Origin: a bacterium
GTDB taxonomy: Bacteria > UBA8248 > JACPRG01 > G963555815
Length of the DNA: 64,000 nt
NCBI GenBank assembly: GCA_965218795.1
Contig: OZ244653.1
Location: forward strand, 864,001-928,000
Direction of reading: 5' to 3'
Position numbers and translations under genes: made by a program. Of the stretch, positions 57,810 through 64,000 are shown in pieces (positions within the stretch are counted from its first letter, which is position 1; every line of letters starts with the position of its first letter). The notes beneath the pieces were generated by a model, which worked only from the letters and a program-made list of their open reading frames with translations, searched no databases and was not told the origin of the DNA.

Positions 57810-60422
57810 ATGGTCACCTCAAAGTCCATGGAAGCGCCGGCGGCCGCAAAAGAGCTCGACGAGGCGTGGGTCCGCTCGACCTGTATCATTTGTCTCAACC
57901 GGTGCGGCATCCTGGTCCACCGCAACGGGGAGGGCTACGTCGATCAGATCGTGGGCGACCCCGACAACCCGCACAACCGGGGCAAGACCTGCGCGAAGGG
58001 GAATTCGGGGATGGAGGGAATCGCGCCCGAGGTGCGTCTGACCACCCCCCTTCGGCGGACCAACCCGGAAAAGGGCCTCGGCGTCGATCCCAAGTTCGAG
58101 CCCGTCTCGTGGGACGAGGCGCTCGACGAGATCGCCCTCCGCATCAAAGGGGTCCGCGACGACGACCCCCTCCGCTTTCTCTTGTGCACCTTCGACGCCT
58201 ATCACATCCGGGGGTCCATGCTCCCCGCCTTCGTCACCGCAGTCGGCGCGCCCGCGGTCAATACCTGGTCGGCCCAGATCTTCTGCGGGAACAATGTCCA
58301 CGGCATCCACTGGATGGCGCAGAACGCCTTCGAGGCGAACCCGGACGCCGCCTATACCGAATACATCCTCCACTTCGGGTCCCAGTTCGGCTCTGTCATC
58401 CACTATGACACGATGAAAAGCACGCGGGAACTGGCCGGCCGACGGCCGGGCAGCCTCCGGCAGGTTGTTGTCGATCCCGTATGCGGGACCGCCGCCTCCC
58501 GGGCGGAGGAGTGGGTTCCCATCCGGCCCGGAACGGACGCCGCCCTGATCCTCGGCATGGTCAACCAGATGATCAACGTCAACGGGCACTACGACCGGCC
58601 CTTCCTCGGCCAATCCACGAACGCTCCCTATCTGGTCGGGGAGGACGAATTTTACGTCCGGGATCCGGAAACCGAAAAACCCCTGGTTTGGGACACCGCG
58701 GCGCAGGCCGCCCGGCCGTTTGACGCCGGTGTGACCGAGCCCGCCCTGGAGGGTCGATTCGAGACCCACGGCAAACCGGTCAAGACGGCCTTCCAGGCCC
58801 TCAAGGACCATGTCACGCGTTACACGCCGGAATTTGTCGAGGAGGTGACCACCGTCCCCGGAGAGACCGTGACCCGCCTCGCCCGTGAGTTCGGCGAGGC
58901 CGCCCGGATCGGCGAGACGATTGAAATCGACGGCGTCAAGCTCCCCTTCCGCCCCGCCACAGTGACGTGGTACCGGGGCCTTGCGGCCCACAAGCATTCG
59001 TTCCTGTCGGGCCTCGCGGTCAACCTCCTTCCCACCCTGATCGGCGGCTTTGACGTTCCGGGGGGACTTCTCGGGGATCCCTTCACCTCCAGGGGAAAGG
59101 CCACCGGGAAGGGGCCTTATGAATGCGGCGTCAGTCCGGACGGCCTCATCTCGCAAAGCACGGTGGGCGGCGGAGCCGTAGCCGGGGGCATCGTGAAGGG
59201 CTGTTATCCCCCCCGCAAGGCGCGCGCTCCGATGACGCCGGAAATGTTCGAGCTGATGCCGGTGGGTCCGTACGGCGCCGTCTTCTACCTGTTGACCTCC
59301 GAGAAGGAGGAGGTGTACAAACCGCCTCCTTTCCCGAAGATGCTCATCCAATGGCACAGCAACATGATGAAGACGTCGGGACCGCCGGACGTTGTCGCGC
59401 GGTTCCTCCAGCGCATCCCCTTCATCGTCTCCATTGCGCGCCGCCGGGAGGAGACCGTCGAGTTCGCCGATATCGTCCTGCCCGACCTTCATCACCTGGA
59501 GCGGCTGGTGCCTTTCGTTTACAACAACATCGGTTCCGGAGAAGGCTCCCACGCGACGTACGGGGCCAAGCCCGCCGTCCACCCGCCGTTCGAGCATCCG
59601 TTCGAAGGCGAATACGTGGATTTGATGCAAGTTTTTCTCGAAGTGGCGAAGCGCGCGGGATTTCTGAACGATTTCAACGAAGCCATCAACACCATCGCGG
59701 GGCTCAAGGGCGAAAACCGTCTGGACCTCGAAACCGAATATGCCTACGAAGAGATTGTCGACCGCCTGCTGAAGAATGAGCTGGGCCCGGAACACGATTT
59801 ACAGTGGTTTCTGGAAGATGGACTGTGGTCCGAAGAGAAAACGATTCGAGAAAAGTACCCCCGACCGTTCATGGAAGGGCGCTCTCCCGTTTATTTCGAG
59901 TTCATGAAGCACGCGGGAGAGGATCTGCGAAAGGTCACCCAGGAGCTGGGCATCCCCTGGGATACCGGGGATTATCAGGTTCTGCCCGACTGGAAACCCG
60001 GGCCTTCTTTTCACCGGGAGCCCCCCCACGACCTCATCGTCATCAACATGAAGGTCGCGAATCACGCCCTGTCCCATACCCACAGTAACCCGCTGCTTTT
60101 GTCCCTGTCCGCCCGCCACAACGACCTCCGCACGGTCTGGATCAACACCCGGACCGCCGCCGCGCGAGGCGTCGAGGACGGAGACCGCGTGACCATCGAG
60201 ACGTTCGAGGGCAGGGAGCAGACGGCTACGGCAAGAGTGACGGAACTGATCCATCCCGAGGTCCTGGCCACGCAAGGGTGCGGGGGCGGGTGGACGGATT
60301 CGACGACTCGAGAGGAAGTCAACTTCAACGCCCTTCTGGCGATCGACGAGGACCATATCGACTTCCTCAACGGTGCGCTCGACTCCACCGTCTCGGCTCG
60401 TATATTCAAAAAGAACCCGTAG
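57810..60422 (+). CDS. DMSO reductase family Mo/W-bisPGD oxidoreductase catalytic subunit (PadB-like), no Tat signal
   Basis: CIICLNRC...KTCAKG Fe-S motif, RLTTPLRRTNP, IFCGNNVH, IRPGTDAA, FADIVLPD, WINTRTAAARGVEDGD. Confidence 0.88.
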   Translation: MVTSKSMEAPAAAKELDEAWVRSTCIICLNRCGILVHRNGEGYVDQIVGDPDNPHNRGKTCAKGNSGMEGIAPEVRLTTPLRRTNPEKGLGVDPKFEPVSWDEALDEIALRIKGVRDDDPLRFLLCTFDAYHIRGSMLPAFVTAVGAPAVNTWSAQIFCGNNVHGIHWMAQNAFEANPDAAYTEYILHFGSQFGSVIHYDTMKSTRELAGRRPGSLRQVVVDPVCGTAASRAEEWVPIRPGTDAALILGMVNQMINVNGHYDRPFLGQSTNAPYLVGEDEFYVRDPETEKPLVWDTAAQAARPFDAGVTEPALEGRFETHGKPVKTAFQALKDHVTRYTPEFVEEVTTVPGETVTRLAREFGEAARIGETIEIDGVKLPFRPATVTWYRGLAAHKHSFLSGLAVNLLPTLIGGFDVPGGLLGDPFTSRGKATGKGPYECGVSPDGLISQSTVGGGAVAGGIVKGCYPPRKARAPMTPEMFELMPVGPYGAVFYLLTSEKEEVYKPPPFPKMLIQWHSNMMKTSGPPDVVARFLQRIPFIVSIARRREETVEFADIVLPDLHHLERLVPFVYNNIGSGEGSHATYGAKPAVHPPFEHPFEGEYVDLMQVFLEVAKRAGFLNDFNEAINTIAGLKGENRLDLETEYAYEEIVDRLLKNELGPEHDLQWFLEDGLWSEEKTIREKYPRPFMEGRSPVYFEFMKHAGEDLRKVTQELGIPWDTGDYQVLPDWKPGPSFHREPPHDLIVINMKVANHALSHTHSNPLLLSLSARHNDLRTVWINTRTAAARGVEDGDRVTIETFEGREQTATARVTELIHPEVLATQGCGGGWTDSTTREEVNFNALLAIDEDHIDFLNGALDSTVSARIFKKNP

Positions 60423-60557
60423 GGTCAACGATTGGTTCCGTAATCCACATCCGACGCTCACACCCGAAAGGCGAATGGGGTCACTGAGCGTTTTACCGCC
60501 GGATTCCGTCCGAATCATGAAAGAACGTTCGGGCTCCGGCCGACCGGAGCAAATGCC

Positions 60558-61997
60558 ATGAAAACACTCATCCGCGGCGGATATGTCGTGGCCTTCGACG
60601 GCGAGACACACCGGGTCCACCGGGATGGGACAGTCGTGTTCGAGGGTGACCGGGTTCTCCACGCCGGCGGAGGCTATGAGGGGGAAGTCGACCGCATCAT
60701 CGAGGCCCGGGGAAAGCTAATCAGTCCGGGTCTCATCTGCACGCACTTTCACGCCAACGGAGAAGCCGGAGGCCGAATCATATCGGACGTCGGGCGTCCG
60801 GATTACTTCCAGGCCGGCTTCCTCAATTATTCGGCGCCCCCCCCTGGCCGGAAGGGAATCCGGTCGATGGAAAAGCCCGAGGTGGGCGGGAAATCAGCCA
60901 TCGTGGAGCTCCTGAAGAGCGGTTGCACGACCGCCGTGGAACTGGGCGGAGAGCCCCACTACGAAGACCTGACCCATGTGATCGGAGATCTCGGCATCCG
61001 GGCCTATGTGGGACCCAGCTTCCAGTCCTGTTATTACCGGACGGGCGATCGGGGGCAACTGACCTATGAATGGGACGAGAAAGGTGGAGAGGAGGGCCTC
61101 GAACGGGCGATTGAATTTGGAAGGAAGTTTGACGGCGTCTACGAAGGGCGAATTCGTGGGATATTGAACCCCGCTCAGGTGGATACGTGCACCCCCGAGC
61201 TATTGGGTCAAACCCGGGACGCCGCCGCTGAATTGGGGTGCCCCGTCCAAACCCATACCGCCCAGAATCTGATGGAGTTTCACGAGATCCTTCGGCGCAC
61301 CCGCCTGACGCCCGTGGAGTTTCTCGCAGATGTGGGTATTCTGGGTGAGGCCACCCTTTTGGGGCATTGCATCATCACCAGCGCACACACCTTATCGGCC
61401 TTTCCGGGCGGAAGAGACCTGGAAATCATCTCGGGATCCGGAAGCAGCGTGGCGCATTGTCCGCTGGTGTTCGCGCGGCGGGGGATCGGACTGGAAAGCT
61501 TTAACACCTATCTCAAGGCGGGCATCAACGTAACCATCGGGACGGACACCTATCCCCGAGACATGATCAGCGAGATGCGCTGGGTATCCCTGATCGGAAA
61601 GATCATGGACCACGACTACAGGTCGGCCTCGGCCCGGGACGTATTCAACGCGGCCACGCTGGGCGGCGCCCGGGCGCTCAACCGCGGGGACCTGGGCCGT
61701 CTGGCTCCCGGCGCAAAGGCCGACATCACCATCGTGGACATGACTAATTTCCGGATTGGGCCCATCCTGGATCCCATTCGCGCGCTGGTCAATTGCGCAT
61801 CCTCGGCGGACGTGGAAACCGTCATCGTCGACGGCCGCACCGTTGTCGAAGAGGGCCGGGTCGTAGGCGTCGATGAATCGGCGCTCCTGGCCGAGGTCCA
61901 GTCACAGGCCGAACGACAATGGGCGTCGGTTCCCGATTTTCATTGGCAGGGTCTTTCACCGGAAGAATACTCGCCCCCCTCCTTCCCATGGGGATGA
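60558..61997 (+). CDS. Chlorohydrolase/deaminase-like amidohydrolase
   Basis: PGLICTHFH, QTHTAQ, GHC, AHCP, IGTDTYP, ATLGGARAL, GAKAD. Confidence 0.85.
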   Translation: MKTLIRGGYVVAFDGETHRVHRDGTVVFEGDRVLHAGGGYEGEVDRIIEARGKLISPGLICTHFHANGEAGGRIISDVGRPDYFQAGFLNYSAPPPGRKGIRSMEKPEVGGKSAIVELLKSGCTTAVELGGEPHYEDLTHVIGDLGIRAYVGPSFQSCYYRTGDRGQLTYEWDEKGGEEGLERAIEFGRKFDGVYEGRIRGILNPAQVDTCTPELLGQTRDAAAELGCPVQTHTAQNLMEFHEILRRTRLTPVEFLADVGILGEATLLGHCIITSAHTLSAFPGGRDLEIISGSGSSVAHCPLVFARRGIGLESFNTYLKAGINVTIGTDTYPRDMISEMRWVSLIGKIMDHDYRSASARDVFNAATLGGARALNRGDLGRLAPGAKADITIVDMTNFRIGPILDPIRALVNCASSADVETVIVDGRTVVEEGRVVGVDESALLAEVQSQAERQWASVPDFHWQGLSPEEYSPPSFPWG

Positions 61998-62064
61998 ATG
62001 GACGAAGGGAGTCGGCAGCAAAGCGGAGGGACGATTTCCTTCTGAATGCCCGAGGAGGTCTGGT

Positions 62065-62364
62065 TTGAGTGCCGTTGAAATACGGGTATCTTATTTGGGT
62101 CCGCTCCGCCGGCAGATGAACTGTCGGGAAGAAACCCTTTCACTGGAACCGCCCGTCACCGTGCGGTCTGTTTTGAACCATCTGATTCAGCGCCACGGCG
62201 AACACCTCAAGGATGTGTTTTTCAATGCGCAGGGGTGGCTGGACCCCCGGGTGATGTTTTTGATTGACGGAGGGCGTCCTCATGCCAAGCAAGGCCTCGA
62301 GATGGAGCTCTCCGGGAGAGAGGAAATCCAAATTTTTCTGGGCCTTCCCATGGCGGGAGGCTGA
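62065..62364 (+). CDS. MoaD/ThiS family ubiquitin-like sulfur carrier
   Basis: GAGGAGG RBS before TTG 62065; about 99 aa with a beta-grasp pattern ending PMAGG. Confidence 0.82.
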   Translation: MSAVEIRVSYLGPLRRQMNCREETLSLEPPVTVRSVLNHLIQRHGEHLKDVFFNAQGWLDPRVMFLIDGGRPHAKQGLEMELSGREEIQIFLGLPMAGG

Positions 62365-62448
62365 TGCCGCTCTGAATCATCTTTCGAAGCCGAATTCCGG
62401 CGACCCGGCCCTCGGCCCCTGTCGCGGAGCTCGAAGTCATACCACTCT

Positions 62449-63333
62449 ATGATACTGACCGCTCAGCTGTTCGCCTTACTGACATCTCTGACTTTCTCCA
62501 CCAGCGATACCGTCACCCGCTACGGAATTCGCACCTCGACGCCCATCACCGCTATTCTCACGTGGGCCTTCGTGACCATCCTTCTTTATGGTCCGGCCGG
62601 CGCATTGTCCTTCGGAGAATATGCCAACCCGCGCGGATTGTTCTTTCTGGTCTGCGCGGGCGTCACATCGCCTGGTTTGGCGGGAATTTTCTTCTATCAG
62701 AGCATGCAGCAAATCGGGTTGTCCCGCACAAGCTGCTTCACGGCCTCTTCTCCCCTGGTCATGGTCCTGTTGGCCGTCCTGATTCTCGGCGAACGTCCCC
62801 GGCCTCTGATTTACGTCGGCACCCTTCTGGTCGTGGTCGGGATGATGGTATTGGCCCTGGAGCGCCGTCAGTCCGCAGGAGGCGACGCCGATCAGCCTTT
62901 CTGGAAACATTACGGCCTGGCGGCCCTGGCCACGCTGATGTTCGGAGCGTCGGCATTGCTCCGCAAGACCGGTATCACGCTGGTTCCCAGCATGAGCGTC
63001 GCGCTTTCCGCGACCGCCGTAGGGATGTTCCTGGCGATCCTTCTCGCGAACCCTCTCATCTCCGCGGACAACCGGATTCGATGGACCCGACAGAGCGTCG
63101 GATATTTCGCGGCCAGCGGGGTGCTCAACACGGTGGCCCATTTCTGCCTTTTCGCCGCGCTCAGTCGGGCGCCGGTTTCGCTCGTCGTCCCTTTGGCTTA
63201 CGTCACCCCGCTTTTCGCCATGGGATATTCCTGGCTTCTGTTTCGCGAAATGGAACGATTGAACTTCAGGCTGCTGATCGGAGCCGTTCTCATCATTGCC
63301 GGGGCCGTGATCGTGACGATATCCCAAGTTTGA
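62449..63333 (+). CDS. EamA/DMT family transporter
   Basis: About 10 TM helices; clear paralogue of 55691-56587 (RYGIRTSTP, LGERP, TPLFA, LERLNF-type end). Confidence 0.85.
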   Translation: MILTAQLFALLTSLTFSTSDTVTRYGIRTSTPITAILTWAFVTILLYGPAGALSFGEYANPRGLFFLVCAGVTSPGLAGIFFYQSMQQIGLSRTSCFTASSPLVMVLLAVLILGERPRPLIYVGTLLVVVGMMVLALERRQSAGGDADQPFWKHYGLAALATLMFGASALLRKTGITLVPSMSVALSATAVGMFLAILLANPLISADNRIRWTRQSVGYFAASGVLNTVAHFCLFAALSRAPVSLVVPLAYVTPLFAMGYSWLLFREMERLNFRLLIGAVLIIAGAVIVTISQV

Positions 63334-63385
63334 GCCTGCGTCCGACACCCGACTCCGCGGCTCGCCGTTCGGTGAGGATCAGGGA

Positions 63386-64000
63386 ATGACTTCTTCGATC
63401 CAAACGGCATACATCCTTGCGCTCCTGACGGCCTTCGGCTTCGCATCGTCGACGGCCGCGGTCCGCTACGGAATGCGCACGTCGAGCCCGCTGACCGCCA
63501 TCCTGACACTGGCCCTCGTCACCCTGGCCCTTTTCGGACCCGCCGCCGTGATGACGGCTCGCTCGCAGACGCTCGACCCGTGGGGAGTCTTGACGCTCAT
63601 CCTGGCGGGCATGGCGGCCCCGGGCCTGGCCGGAACCTGTCACTACATGGGTGTGCGGCGAATCGGACTTTCACGCTCGACTTCGATTGTCGGCTCCTCT
63701 CCCCTTGTGGTTGTGGTGATCGCCGTGCCCGCGCTGGGCGAGCGCCCATCGGCCTTGATCTTCTTCGGTACGTTTCTGATAGTGCTTGGGATCGTTTTCC
63801 TCTCGCATGGACGTAAATCGGCGACGCCGGAGGGGGGAAACCGGGCATTCTGGCGGGGGGCGGCCTTCGCCGGGATGGCGTCGCTCATGTTCGGGATCGC
63901 CGGGATTTTGCGGAAGGCCGGTATCACGCTCGTCCCCGCAATCAGTGTGGCTCTCTGCGCGTCGTCCATCGGGTCCCTGATCACCATTGCCGTCTGGCAG
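63386..64000 (+). CDS. EamA/DMT family transporter, truncated by the window edge
   Basis: Manual translation from ATG 63386 is open to the end: MTSSIQTAYILALLTAFGFA...RYGMRTSSP...IGLSRSTSIVGSSP...LGERP. Confidence 0.85.
   Translation, partial: MTSSIQTAYILALLTAFGFASSTAAVRYGMRTSSPLTAILTLALVTLALFGPAAVMTARSQTLDPWGVLTLILAGMAAPGLAGTCHYMGVRRIGLSRSTSIVGSSPLVVVVIAVPALGERPSALIFFGTFLIVLGIVFLSHGRKSATPEGGNRAFWRGAAFAGMASLMFGIAGILRKAGITLVPAISVALCASSIGSLITIAVWQ

Noticed and set aside
57819-59795. 658-aa minus-strand ORF
   Set aside because: Antisense shadow of the molybdopterin oxidoreductase.

Overview
A GC-rich bacterial chromosome segment. The gene order resembles Deltaproteobacteria/Nitrospinota-type genomes; this taxonomy is inferred only. 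The first ~38 kb is housekeeping: murJ (partial), rpsT, then on the minus strand holA-lptE-leuS-nusB-ribH-ribBA-ribE-ribD, ppdK-glyS-glyQ, cimA-lysC-apgM-thrC-hom-lipA-argS-recO-era and prpE-aspS, followed by comEC-cobB-hisS, fxsA and an RCK-gated K+ channel. Between 26 and 40 kb several genes are broken: a LysM lipoprotein with three lesions, comEC with a +1 A frameshift, cobB with no in-frame canonical start, and a fused CHASE2-like/M48 peptidase remnant. From ~40 kb to the end is an accessory catabolic region of unknown substrate. It holds a Tat-exported NitT/TauT ABC transporter; an operon of ACMSD-like amidohydrolase, xanthine-oxidase-family M/S/L subunits with an unusual active-site loop, a YbiO-like MscS channel, a crotonase and an aryl-CoA ligase; and a divergent run of EamA, luciferase-like oxidoreductase, orphan DMSO-reductase-family Mo/W enzyme, chlorohydrolase-like amidohydrolase, MoaD-like sulfur carrier and two more EamA paralogues. 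These two Mo-enzyme clusters are the best candidates for an undescribed system. No CRISPR array, rRNA, tRNA, transposase or phage gene was seen. All calls come from motif recognition by eye; no database searches were run.
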